Assembly: GCA_903879705.1 (NCBI GenBank)
Contig: CAIRMO010000037.1
Coordinates: 3,698-67,697 of the forward strand
Source of the DNA: an uncultured Candidatus Competibacteraceae bacterium
GTDB lineage: Bacteria; Pseudomonadota; Gammaproteobacteria; Competibacterales; Competibacteraceae
Reading direction: 5' to 3'
DNA: 64,000 nucleotides
Under the pieces are notes generated by a model. It was given only the letters and a program-made list of their open reading frames with translations. It was not told where the DNA came from and ran no database searches. A program made the translations under genes and the position numbers. This document shows, one piece after another, positions 20,796 through 30,078 of the stretch; positions within the stretch are counted from its first letter, which is position 1, and each line of letters begins with the position of its first letter.

Positions 20796-22160
20796 ATGCA
20801 CATTCACATTCTTGGCGTTTGCGGCACGTTCATGGCCGGAGTCGCGTTGCTGGCGCGGGCGGCGGGACATACTGTTTCTGGATGCGATGCAAACGTCTAT
20901 CCCCCGATGAGTACCCAATTAACGGAGGCGGGCATTGCCCTGCGCGAAGGCTACGATCCGGAACAACTTTCTGAATTTCAACCGGATATGGTCGTGGTCG
21001 GTAACGTCATGAGCCGGGGCCGACCGATTATTGAGGAATTGCTCAACGCCAAGCGACCCTATGCGTCCGGCCCGGACTGGCTGGCGGAGCATGTGTTGCA
21101 TGACCGTCAAGTGCTGGCCGTCGCGGGCACCCACGGCAAAACCACCACCAGCAGTCTGCTGGCCTGGATTCTGGAATGCGCTGGCTTGGAACCGGGCTTT
21201 TTGATCGGCGGCATTCCTGCCAATTTCGGCATTTCAGCGCGGTTGGGGGCAGCCCCGCTGTTCGTGGTGGAAGCCGACGAATACGACACGGCCTTTTTCG
21301 ACAAGCGCTCCAAGTTCATCCATTACCAACCGCACACCTTGATTCTGAACAATCTGGAATTTGACCACGCCGATATTTTTCCCGATCTGGCCGCCATCCA
21401 GCGCCAATTCCACCATCTGCTACGCACCGTGCCGGGCAATGGCCTGATTGTCGCCAATGGCGAAGACGCGAACCTGGCCGAGGTGCTGGCCATGGGCTGC
21501 TGGACGCCGGTGGAGCGATTCGGCATCGGCGATTGGGAAGCGCGGGATATCCTCCCTGACGGCAGCGGTTTCGCCGTTGACTACTGGGGTGAAGCGCAGG
21601 GCCGGGTGGAATGGTCGCAATTGGGCTTGCACAACGTCCACAACGCCCTCGCTGCCCTGGCTGCCGCTCATCACGTCGGGATTGAATCCGCCCAGGCGAT
21701 GGCCGCGCTGGCGACTTTTCAGGGCGTGAAGCGGCGGCTGGAGCTGCGAGGATCGGTGAGCGGCGTGACGGTCTATGACGATTTCGCCCATCACCCAACC
21801 GCAATTGCCACGACGCTGGCGGGGCTACGGGCGCGGGTCGGTTCGCAACCGATCATCGCGGTGCTGGAGCCGCGATCCAACAGCATGAAACTGGGCGTCT
21901 TCAAGGACAGCCTCGCGCCGGCGCTGGCGGTGGCGGATGCCGTGATTCTTTATCAAGCGCCTGATCTGGGCTGGGACCTGGGCGCGGTAGCGGGAGGACT
22001 CGGTGTGCGCGGGCAGGTTTGCCACTCGCTGGACGAAACGCTGGCCGCGATTCAAACCCGGCTACAACCGGGAACCCAGGTGCTGATCATGAGCAACGGC
22101 AGCTTCGGCGGGATTCACGAGCGATTGTTGCAAACGCTGCGGGTGGTCGCCGATACCTGA
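20796..22160 (+). CDS. mpl: UDP-N-acetylmuramate:L-alanyl-gamma-D-glutamyl-meso-diaminopimelate ligase (murein peptide recycling)
   Basis: Trimmed to ATG 20796 (MHIHILGVCGTFMAG) with GGGGAGA as the ribosome-binding site. Has the [11 protein letters not shown]-loop and MurC-like layout, at about 454 aa typical of Mpl. Confidence 0.88.
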   Translation: MHIHILGVCGTFMAGVALLARAAGHTVSGCDANVYPPMSTQLTEAGIALREGYDPEQLSEFQPDMVVVGNVMSRGRPIIEELLNAKRPYASGPDWLAEHVLHDRQVLAVAGTHGKTTTSSLLAWILECAGLEPGFLIGGIPANFGISARLGAAPLFVVEADEYDTAFFDKRSKFIHYQPHTLILNNLEFDHADIFPDLAAIQRQFHHLLRTVPGNGLIVANGEDANLAEVLAMGCWTPVERFGIGDWEARDILPDGSGFAVDYWGEAQGRVEWSQLGLHNVHNALAALAAAHHVGIESAQAMAALATFQGVKRRLELRGSVSGVTVYDDFAHHPTAIATTLAGLRARVGSQPIIAVLEPRSNSMKLGVFKDSLAPALAVADAVILYQAPDLGWDLGAVAGGLGVRGQVCHSLDETLAAIQTRLQPGTQVLIMSNGSFGGIHERLLQTLRVVADT

Positions 22161-22202
22161 GGTTAAAGGCTAAAAAAACCGACTGGATCATCGTAATCCT
22201 GT

Positions 22203-23042
22203 ATGACGGCTCACGTTCAACACCACCGCTTCGATCTCTATGCCGCCGGGCATCGCCTCCATGCCGAACGGCTGACTCCGCACCATACCAAGCGCGATCC
22301 CACCCTGGTTTTCCTGCATGAAGGGCTGGGCAGCATCGGCCAATGGGGCGCTTTTCCCGCCCAGTTGTGCGCCCGGACCCACTTGCCAGGCCTGGTCTAC
22401 GAACGCTGGGGTTATGGCCGCTCCCAAGGTCTGACCGGACCGCGTCCCAACGATTATCTGCAACAGGAAGCGCAAGACAGCGTGCCGGAAGTCCTGGCGG
22501 CCTGCGGCATCGCTGATCCACCGATCCTGTTCGGCCATAGCGACGGCGCGTCCATTGCCCTGCTGTTTGCCGCCGCCTTTCCCGACCGGACTCTGGCAGT
22601 CATCAGCGAAGCGGCCCATGTTTTCGTCGAGGATGTGTGCCTGGCCGGCATCCGCATCGCCCGGACCGATTTTGAGCAAGGCCCGTTGCGGGAGGGTTTG
22701 CGTCGCCATCACGGCGATAACACTGAATTGATGTTCCGGGGCTGGAGCAACGCCTGGCTGCGGCCTGACCGCCGCAACTGGGAGATGCAGGCGGAATTGC
22801 GCCGCCTGGTTTGCCCGACGTTGATCATCCAGGGTCAGGGTGACAAGTACGGCACTCGCGCCCAGGTCGACGCTATCGCCGCCGAGGTCTCCTGCCCGGC
22901 TGAAATTCTGTGGCTGCCCGACTGCGGCCACTCGCCCCACCATCAGGCGCGGGCGGTGGTGCTGGATACCGCCGGGCGCTTTATCGGCGAGGTATGCGCT
23001 AAACTGTCGATTATCCCACCGCAACCACTGAATCCCGGCTAA
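22203..23042 (+). CDS. Alpha/beta-fold hydrolase
   Basis: 279 aa with the LVFLHEGLGS oxyanion region, the GHSDGAS nucleophile elbow and a C-terminal GHSPH histidine region. Confidence 0.8.
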   Translation: MTAHVQHHRFDLYAAGHRLHAERLTPHHTKRDPTLVFLHEGLGSIGQWGAFPAQLCARTHLPGLVYERWGYGRSQGLTGPRPNDYLQQEAQDSVPEVLAACGIADPPILFGHSDGASIALLFAAAFPDRTLAVISEAAHVFVEDVCLAGIRIARTDFEQGPLREGLRRHHGDNTELMFRGWSNAWLRPDRRNWEMQAELRRLVCPTLIIQGQGDKYGTRAQVDAIAAEVSCPAEILWLPDCGHSPHHQARAVVLDTAGRFIGEVCAKLSIIPPQPLNPG

Positions 23043-23052
23043 GGAACCTGTC

Positions 23053-23655
23053 ATGTCCAAACTTGAACCCACTTTGGCTGCTGCGCCGACCCCTGCAAAA
23101 TCCAGTCTGCTGCGGCGGCTGTTTCATCCGAGAGATATTGGTTTCTATCTCATGATTGTGCTGTCATGGATCGGTGCTGTTTACACCACCTACGATCTGG
23201 ATATAAGTCGCTGGTACTGGCACGCGCTGATCCCGGTTTTTGGGTTGATCTGCATTCTCACCCAATGGAACAACGTCGAGCCAACCCTGAAAGCCCGGCT
23301 GCACCTGGTCAGGCGTCAGGTGCTGCACTGGGGCGCGGTGATGGCGCTGGCCTATTTGCTCTACATGGTTTCCAGCGGTCATAACAACCTGATCGATTTA
23401 ATCGACGACCGGCAGGGCAGCTTCATGATGACCTACACCGTCGCCTTGAGCGCCTTTCTTTCAGGCGTTTATTACGATTGGCGGCTATGCCTGGTCGGCA
23501 TCTTCATCCTCATGGGCGGAATACTCAATGTGGTCTTATCCAACACCGCACCCTTGCTGATGTGGATGAGCCTGGGGGTCGCTATCCTCTATTTTGCCGG
23601 GGCTTGGGGGTATAGCCGCTGGCAGGCGTGGCGGGTAAGCCGTAGCGAGATTTAA
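23053..23655 (+). CDS. Hypothetical membrane protein (5-6 TM)
   Basis: 200 aa hydrophobic ORF 10 nt after the hydrolase stop. No motif recognised. Confidence 0.55.
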   Translation: MSKLEPTLAAAPTPAKSSLLRRLFHPRDIGFYLMIVLSWIGAVYTTYDLDISRWYWHALIPVFGLICILTQWNNVEPTLKARLHLVRRQVLHWGAVMALAYLLYMVSSGHNNLIDLIDDRQGSFMMTYTVALSAFLSGVYYDWRLCLVGIFILMGGILNVVLSNTAPLLMWMSLGVAILYFAGAWGYSRWQAWRVSRSEI

Positions 23656-23703
23656 TCCTGAAATTTTGGCTTGCATCAAGCAGGAACAGAAACATGGGGA
23701 GCA

Positions 23704-26286
23704 ATGATGAGTAACCCTGCAACAGCGGCGACTCGACCAGCGGCGATAGCCGGCGGTGTGGATTTGGAAAAACGGCCAGTTCCGGAAGTGCTGGCGACCT
23801 TGGAGGTTCGCCCGGATACTGGATTGAGCGGCGCGGAAGTCCAGCAACGATTGGCCCAGTACGGACCCAACGCGCTGATCGAAAAGGAAAAGAACCTGCT
23901 GACCAAATTGATCGGCCCGTTCATGGGACCGATTGCCTACATGATCGAAGCGGCGGCGCTGGTTTCGGCGTTCCTGGGCCGTTGGGACGACTTCATCGTC
24001 ATCGCGGGCCTGCTGTTGTTTAACGCAGGGCTGGAATTCTGGCAGGACCGCAAGGCATCCAGCGCCCTGGCTGCGCTCAAGAACAGTCTGGCCCCGGAAG
24101 CTACCGCCCGGCGCGACGGTGAATGGCAAATCGTACCAGCGGCAACGCTGGTTCCCGGCGACATCGTCAAAATTCGGTTGGGTGTGATCGTTCCTGCGGA
24201 TTTGCGGCTGATCAAGGGCGACTTTGCCACGATTGATCAGGCGGCGCTCACCGGCGAATCGCTGCCTGCCACCAAAAAGGTCGGCGACTCCGCCTATTCT
24301 GGCAGTGTAGTCAAGCAGGGCGAGATGGAATGCGTGGTGATCGGCACCGGGGGCAACACGTTCTTTGGCCGCACCGCCAAGCTGGTCGCCGGGGCCGGTT
24401 CAGTCAGCCATGCCCAGCAGGCGATGTTTCAGATCGGCAACTTCCTGATCATGATCGCTTTGGTGCTGGCGTTGATCATGGTCGGCTTCGATGTATGGCG
24501 TGCCATCGTGATTCAGGACAACTGGCAATGGGCCGACGCGCTCAATATCCTCCAATTTGTGCTGATTCTGCTGGTCGCCTCGATCCCGGTGGCGATGCCA
24601 GCGGTGTTTTCAATCACCATGGCGTTGGGCGCATTGGCCCTGTCCAAGGAAAAAGCCATTGTCTCCAAGCTGTTGGCGATCGAAGAGATGGCCGGCGTCG
24701 ATATTCTCTGCTCCGACAAGACCGGCACCCTGACCAAAAACCAGCTCACCTTGGGCGAGCCGATCCTGTTCGCCAGCGCCGACCCGCAGGACGTGATTCT
24801 GGCTGGGGCGCTGGCTTCGAAAATCGAAGACCGCGACGCGATTGACACTGCGGTGATCGGCGCTCTCCAAGATCATGCCGCCCTCGCTACCTATAAACAA
24901 CTCAAGTTTGTTCCCTTCGATCCCGTTGGCAAGCGCACCCAAGCCACGGTGTCCACCCCCGAGGGCCAGACCGTCTTGGTGACCAAGGGCGCGCCGCAGG
25001 TGATCGCCGCACTGGCGAAACTCGCCGATGCCGACGACGCCAAGGTCAAGCAGACGGTCGAGCAACTCGGGGAAAAAGGCTATCGGGCGCTGGGCGTGGC
25101 CCGCTCCAAGGACGACGGCGCTACCTGGACTTTACTCGGCATCCTGCCCATGTTCGACCCGCCGCGCGACGACTCCAAAGCGACCATCGACCAAGCGCTC
25201 CTGAAGGGAGTGCGGGTAATGATGATCACCGGCGACGATACCGCAATTGCCCGGGAAACCGCCCGGCAACTGGGTCTGGGCACCCATATTATCCCGGCGG
25301 CAGAGGCCTTCCCCAAGGACATGGATCCCAACAAGGTGCCGCCCGCCATCGCCGAGGCGATTGAAAAAGCGGACGGATTTTCGCGGGTCTTCCCTGAGCA
25401 TAAATACGCCATCGTCAAGGCGTTGCAGGAACGCGGCCATTTGGTGGCGATGACCGGCGACGGGGTTAACGACGCACCCGCGCTCAAACAGGCCGACTGC
25501 GGTACCGCCGTTTCCGGGGCCACGGATGCCGCCCGTGGCGCGGCGGCATTGATCCTGACTGCGCCGGGCCTGTCGGTGATCAACAACGCCATCGACGAAG
25601 CGCGGCGGATCTTCGGTCGGATCACCAGTTACACCATCTACCGGGTGGCGCTCACCATGGACATCATGTTCCTGGTGGTGCTGTCCACCCTGTTGCTGGA
25701 TTTCAAGCCGCTGACCGCGATCATGATCGTGATTCTGGCGATCCTCGACGATGCGCCGATCATGACCATCGCCTACGACAACACTGAAGTGGCGGCGCAA
25801 CCGATCCGCTGGAAAATGCCGCGCGTACTCGGGGTGTCCTCAATACTCGGCTTTTTTTCGGTGGTGCAATCGTTCAGCCTGTTGCTGATCGGTTTCGAGA
25901 TTCTGAGCAGTCCCCAGGAACAGCAGTACTTCCAGATTTTCACCAAGACGGAGCTGCAATCGGTGATGTTCCTGCAGATCGTATTGGGCGGCCATTTCCT
26001 GCTCTACAACACCCGCACCGCCAAATGGTTCTTTCAGTGGCCGCTGCCGAGCCTGCCGCTCAACACCGCGCTGTGGGCTACCAACCTGCTCGCTATCCTG
26101 ATGTGCGGCTACGGCTGGCTGATGCCAAAACTGTCGTGGACCACGATCGGCTGGGTATTCGGCTATACCGTGGTCTGGGTGATCGTTATGGATATCATCA
26201 AACGCGGTGCCTACGCCCTGGTCGACCACGCCACCGACTGGCACACCAAACACCAGGACATCGTCACCCAGTCGTTGAAACGGTAG
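23704..26286 (+). CDS. P-type ATPase, type IIIA (plasma-membrane H+-ATPase-like)
   Basis: Motifs: LTGESLPATKK, CSDKTGTLT, MITGDD and GDGVNDAPALKQADCG. The TGES context (GD.AYSGS..KQGE...VI.TG..TFFGRTAKLV) resembles plant and fungal PMA pumps. Start is taken at ATG 23704, after GGGGAG. Confidence 0.88.
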   Translation: MMSNPATAATRPAAIAGGVDLEKRPVPEVLATLEVRPDTGLSGAEVQQRLAQYGPNALIEKEKNLLTKLIGPFMGPIAYMIEAAALVSAFLGRWDDFIVIAGLLLFNAGLEFWQDRKASSALAALKNSLAPEATARRDGEWQIVPAATLVPGDIVKIRLGVIVPADLRLIKGDFATIDQAALTGESLPATKKVGDSAYSGSVVKQGEMECVVIGTGGNTFFGRTAKLVAGAGSVSHAQQAMFQIGNFLIMIALVLALIMVGFDVWRAIVIQDNWQWADALNILQFVLILLVASIPVAMPAVFSITMALGALALSKEKAIVSKLLAIEEMAGVDILCSDKTGTLTKNQLTLGEPILFASADPQDVILAGALASKIEDRDAIDTAVIGALQDHAALATYKQLKFVPFDPVGKRTQATVSTPEGQTVLVTKGAPQVIAALAKLADADDAKVKQTVEQLGEKGYRALGVARSKDDGATWTLLGILPMFDPPRDDSKATIDQALLKGVRVMMITGDDTAIARETARQLGLGTHIIPAAEAFPKDMDPNKVPPAIAEAIEKADGFSRVFPEHKYAIVKALQERGHLVAMTGDGVNDAPALKQADCGTAVSGATDAARGAAALILTAPGLSVINNAIDEARRIFGRITSYTIYRVALTMDIMFLVVLSTLLLDFKPLTAIMIVILAILDDAPIMTIAYDNTEVAAQPIRWKMPRVLGVSSILGFFSVVQSFSLLLIGFEILSSPQEQQYFQIFTKTELQSVMFLQIVLGGHFLLYNTRTAKWFFQWPLPSLPLNTALWATNLLAILMCGYGWLMPKLSWTTIGWVFGYTVVWVIVMDIIKRGAYALVDHATDWHTKHQDIVTQSLKR

Positions 26287-26427
26287 GTCGCTTGGTCCTG
26301 CTCGTGAAAGAGACTGTCTAAAAACTAATCCTTTGATTTATAATATGATGGAGCCGGATTGATGGGCTAAAGTGGAGGCTCCACAGAAAATTTCTTTTTA
26401 AAATCAACCACCTTTTTTAGACCGTTT

Positions 26428-27732
26428 CTAAGCGACCGGCCACCGAACCATTACCCGCAGACCCCGGCCCGGTTCGGCATCTTCCAGCCGAAGGCTTGCC
26501 CGGTGGCGATTGGCGATCCGCTGGACGATAGCCAGTCCCAGCCCGCTGCCCGGCGCAGTAGCGTGAGCGCCGCGATAAAACCGGTCGAATACCCGCGCCC
26601 GCTCCGCCTCCGGAATACCCGGTCCGGTATCGCTCACCGTGAGTACCGCCTCATCCCCAGTGCGTTGTACCTGAACATCCACTCGCCCGCCGTCCGGGGT
26701 GTAACGCAACGCATTCTCCACCAGGCTGCTCAGCAGAGTGTGCAGCTCGTCCGGATCGCCGGCGACCGTGATCGCATCGCTGGGCAACAGTCCCAGATCA
26801 AGAGTGCGGTGGTCGGCGATGGGCGCGAACTCGACCACCACCCGCCTGGCTAAATCCAGCAGATCAACCGTTCCGATCAAGACCGTCGCGGGCGCAGCGT
26901 CCAGCCGGGCCATCGCCAGCAATTGCTCCATCAAATGGGAAGTGCGCAGCAGGCCCGTGCGTAACGCATCCAGCGTCCCGGCCCGTTCTGTGGCATCTGT
27001 CGCCCGCTGCGCCATTTCGGCCTGGAGCCGTACTGCGGTTAGTGGGGTGCGCAACTCGTGGGCGGCATCGGCGATGAATTGGCGCTGGGCAGCCAGGGTG
27101 TCCGCCAGCCGCGTCAGCAACCCGTTCAGGGCATCAACCAGCGGGGTAATTTCCGCGGGCAGGCCGTCTGCCGCCACCGGCTCCAGCGCCTCGGGCCGCC
27201 GTTGCTGAATATCGGCAGCGAGGCGATGCAAGGGTCGCAGGCCAGCCCCAACCCCGAACCAGATCACCAGCGCCATTCCCGGTAACAGCAACAGAAACGG
27301 GGCAACATTGCGCAGGGCGATGTCGGCGCTCATCCGCAACCGCAATCGCGTTGGCTGTGCGACCTGGACGATACGGTTCCCGGCGTACAGCGCGAACAGT
27401 CGCCAGCGCTCATTGCGCCAGAGCAGGTCGGCGAAGCCGGGTTCGGTGGCAAAAGGCAGTTCCCAGGCTTGCCGGGAGACGTACAGCAGACCGACGCCCC
27501 GATCCCGGATTTGCACCAGCAGATCGCCTTCCCCTTCGCCGGCCTCACCGCTGATGGCCAGCGCCAGCAGGTTTTGCCGACGCAGGGCCAGGGCGGTCTG
27601 CTGCAACTGATAATCGAACAGGGCGTCGATTTCGGCGCGGGCTTGACGGTAGGTGGCGTAACCGGCAAGGCCCAGCACCACGCTCAGCCCGACCACCAAC
27701 CCGACCAGCAGGCGCTGACGAATGGAAGTCAC
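26428..27732 (-). CDS. Two-component sensor histidine kinase (periplasmic sensor, HAMP, HisKA, HATPase)
   Basis: 434 aa with two TM helices, the H-box AAHELRTPL and the G-box GSGLGLAIV. Four-nt overlap with the upstream response regulator gene. Confidence 0.88.
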   Translation of the reverse strand: MTSIRQRLLVGLVVGLSVVLGLAGYATYRQARAEIDALFDYQLQQTALALRRQNLLALAISGEAGEGEGDLLVQIRDRGVGLLYVSRQAWELPFATEPGFADLLWRNERWRLFALYAGNRIVQVAQPTRLRLRMSADIALRNVAPFLLLLPGMALVIWFGVGAGLRPLHRLAADIQQRRPEALEPVAADGLPAEITPLVDALNGLLTRLADTLAAQRQFIADAAHELRTPLTAVRLQAEMAQRATDATERAGTLDALRTGLLRTSHLMEQLLAMARLDAAPATVLIGTVDLLDLARRVVVEFAPIADHRTLDLGLLPSDAITVAGDPDELHTLLSSLVENALRYTPDGGRVDVQVQRTGDEAVLTVSDTGPGIPEAERARVFDRFYRGAHATAPGSGLGLAIVQRIANRHRASLRLEDAEPGRGLRVMVRWPVA

Positions 27733-28391
27733 GGCGGCTCCCCAAACCGGTAGCCGACCCCCCGCACGGTGCGAATCACGCGGGGATTGAGCTTGCGGCG
27801 CAGGTTATGGATGTGGACCTCGACGGTGTTGCTTTCCACTTCTTCGCCCCAGCCGTACAGGCGTTCCTCCAGTTGTTCACGCGACAGCACCACGCCCGGC
27901 GCTTCCGCCAAGGCCTGCAACAGCGCAAATTCACGCGCTGAGAGTGACGCCGGCTGACCCTGGTAGTCGACGGTATGGGCGGCAGGATCGATCCGCAATG
28001 CGCCGATTTCAATCAAGTCCCGCGCCCGCCCGGACTGGCGGCGCAGCAACGCCCGCATCCGGGCCAGCAGTTCGGTCAGATCAAAGGGCTTCACCAGATA
28101 ATCGTCAGCCCCGCTGTCCAGACCCTTGACCCGATCCGGGACGGCGTCACGGGCAGTGAGAATCAGCACCGGCACGTTCAGGCCGCGTTGTCGCCAACCC
28201 CGCAATACGGCCAGACCATCCTTGTGCGGCAGACCCAGATCCAGCAGCGCCAGCGCATATTCGGTCACCTCCAGGGCCCGTTCCGCGCTGCGTCCATCCT
28301 GGACCCAGTCCACGGTAAATCCTTCGTCGCGCAGCCCCTTGCGCAAACTATCGCCGATCATCGGATCGTCTTCCGCCAGCAGAATACGCAT
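27729..28391 (-). CDS. OmpR-family response regulator (QseB/PmrA/TctD-like)
   Basis: 220 aa with a receiver domain (MRILLAEDD...LLDLGLP...LILTAR) and a winged-helix output domain (LSAREFALL...VRGVGYRF). Confidence 0.92.
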   Translation of the reverse strand: MRILLAEDDPMIGDSLRKGLRDEGFTVDWVQDGRSAERALEVTEYALALLDLGLPHKDGLAVLRGWRQRGLNVPVLILTARDAVPDRVKGLDSGADDYLVKPFDLTELLARMRALLRRQSGRARDLIEIGALRIDPAAHTVDYQGQPASLSAREFALLQALAEAPGVVLSREQLEERLYGWGEEVESNTVEVHIHNLRRKLNPRVIRTVRGVGYRFGEPP

Positions 28392-28492
28392 GGGTTCAAG
28401 GGAGTCGCGGCAAGAAAATAGTGAGGGCGGACGGGGCGCAAAACGCCATCATCCGCCCGATGAAACCTACTGGATTCCGGTTTTACCGGGTA

Positions 28493-28541
28493 GAACGGGC
28501 ATCTTGCCCGTTTCAACACGGGCGGGCAGCCCGCGCTACGC
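28493..28541 (+). repeat. 49-bp double-hairpin intergenic repeat, copy 1
   Basis: GAACGGGCATCTTGCCCGTTTCAACACGGGCGGGCAGCCCGCGCTACGC. Its reverse complement recurs at 56711..56759 with 5 substitutions. Confidence 0.7.
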
Positions 28542-28546
28542 CCAGT

Positions 28547-30022
28547 TCATCCGGCTGACTTGGGGCGAGCGGGCATTTCTACCGCCAGATACAACGACCC
28601 GTCATGGCGTTTGACCAGCAGCGGCGTCCGCTGGCCCGGTGGCAGTTCCTTAACGAGCTGGCGCAGATGGGCGGCATCCTTGATCTTCTGGCTATTGAGG
28701 CTCACCAGAATATCGCCCGGCTGTACCCCAGCCTCGGCGGCGGCGCCCGGCCCGACCTGTTGCACCAGTACCCCGCCTTCGCCTTGACCACGCTGGCCAG
28801 CGGGCAACTCGGCCACGGCAATGTTCAGCCGTGGCGAATCGTTATCCGGTGCGCTGTTCAGCGCCAATTCGCCTTGATTCTGTTCGGGTAACTGGCCGAG
28901 GGTGATAGCGATTTCTTGCTCCCGGCCGTCGCGAATCACGATCAACGTCCGGTTTGCGCCGGGTTTGGTCGAACCGACCAGCGGCGGCAGATCGGTGCTG
29001 TCGTTCACCGGCTTGCCGGCGTAACCGACGATGATATCGCCCGCTTTCAAACCCGCCTTGGCGGCAGGGCTGTCGATACTGACATCCGCCACCAACGCCC
29101 CGCGTGGCTGCTCCAGCTTGAACGAGCGCGCCAGATCCTGGGTGACCTCCTGCAAGGTGACACCCATCCAACCCCGGGTGACATGCCCATCATTCTTGAG
29201 TTGATCGACCACATTCATCGCGACGTTCATCGGGATGGCGAACGATAGCCCCATATAACCGCCGCTGCGGCTGAAAATCTGGGAGTTGACGCCCACCACC
29301 TTGCCATTGAGATCGAACAGCGGGCCGCCAGAATTGCCGGGGTTGATCGGTACATCGGTCTGGATGAACGGCACATAAGTATCGTTCGGCAGCGAGCGGC
29401 CCAAGGCGCTGACGATGCCCTTGGTCGCCGTGCGCTCCAGCCCAAACGGCGCACCGATGGCGAACACCCACTGGCCGACCTTGAGGCTGTCAACGTCGCC
29501 GATGGTCACGGTGGGCAAATCAGTGGCGGCGATCTTCAGCAGGGCAATATCCGATTGCGGGTCGCCACCGATGACCTTGGCCGGAAACTCGCGCTTGTCA
29601 TTCAGTTTAACGGTGATTTTTTCCGCCCCGTCCACGACATGATGGTTGGTGATCAGATAGCCATCGCTGGAGAGGATGAAGCCGGAGCCGAGCCCTTGGG
29701 TCGGTGCCCCCTGACCTTTGCCGCCCGGCATGGGGAACGGCCTGAACAGTTCGCCGAACGGGTTGTTTTCATCGTCCGGGGTGGACATCCCGCGCCCGGC
29801 TACGGCGGACGCGCGCTTGCCAGTTATGGCGATGTTGACCACCGCCGCCGCGTTTTGCTGAACCAGCGTACTGAAATCCGGGACCGTCATTTCTACCCGG
29901 ATTGGCGGTGGCGCACTATCGATTGCCAACGCCGGCGACAGTGCGCCGATCGCCAGAACCGCGCTGCTGGTTGCCAGCGCTATCGCCATCGTGAGTTTTT
30001 TGGGAGTGCTGGGAAATGGCAT
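28547..30022 (-). CDS. Periplasmic serine endoprotease, DegP/DegQ/MucD (HtrA) family, two PDZ domains
   Basis: 491 aa with a signal peptide, ITNHHVV (His), DIALLK (Asp) and GNSGGPL (Ser), followed by two PDZ-like segments. Confidence 0.92.
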   Translation of the reverse strand: MPFPSTPKKLTMAIALATSSAVLAIGALSPALAIDSAPPPIRVEMTVPDFSTLVQQNAAAVVNIAITGKRASAVAGRGMSTPDDENNPFGELFRPFPMPGGKGQGAPTQGLGSGFILSSDGYLITNHHVVDGAEKITVKLNDKREFPAKVIGGDPQSDIALLKIAATDLPTVTIGDVDSLKVGQWVFAIGAPFGLERTATKGIVSALGRSLPNDTYVPFIQTDVPINPGNSGGPLFDLNGKVVGVNSQIFSRSGGYMGLSFAIPMNVAMNVVDQLKNDGHVTRGWMGVTLQEVTQDLARSFKLEQPRGALVADVSIDSPAAKAGLKAGDIIVGYAGKPVNDSTDLPPLVGSTKPGANRTLIVIRDGREQEIAITLGQLPEQNQGELALNSAPDNDSPRLNIAVAELPAGQRGQGEGGVLVQQVGPGAAAEAGVQPGDILVSLNSQKIKDAAHLRQLVKELPPGQRTPLLVKRHDGSLYLAVEMPARPKSAG

Positions 30023-30055
30023 CGATGTTTACCTCGCGCAGTGTGAGCGGCTATC

Positions 30056-30078
30056 GGGATCGGAACCGTTCCGATCCC
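30056..30078. promoter_or_regulatory. Perfect 11-bp-arm palindrome GGGATCGGAAC-C-GTTCCGATCCC in the HtrA leader
   Basis: Read directly from the sequence, 34-56 nt upstream of the protease start codon. Function unknown; could be an operator or an RNA hairpin. Confidence 0.3.

Noticed and set aside
22188-23072. 294-aa minus-strand ORF
   Set aside because: It is antisense to the alpha/beta hydrolase, which has the GHSDG nucleophile elbow, and it has no motifs of its own.
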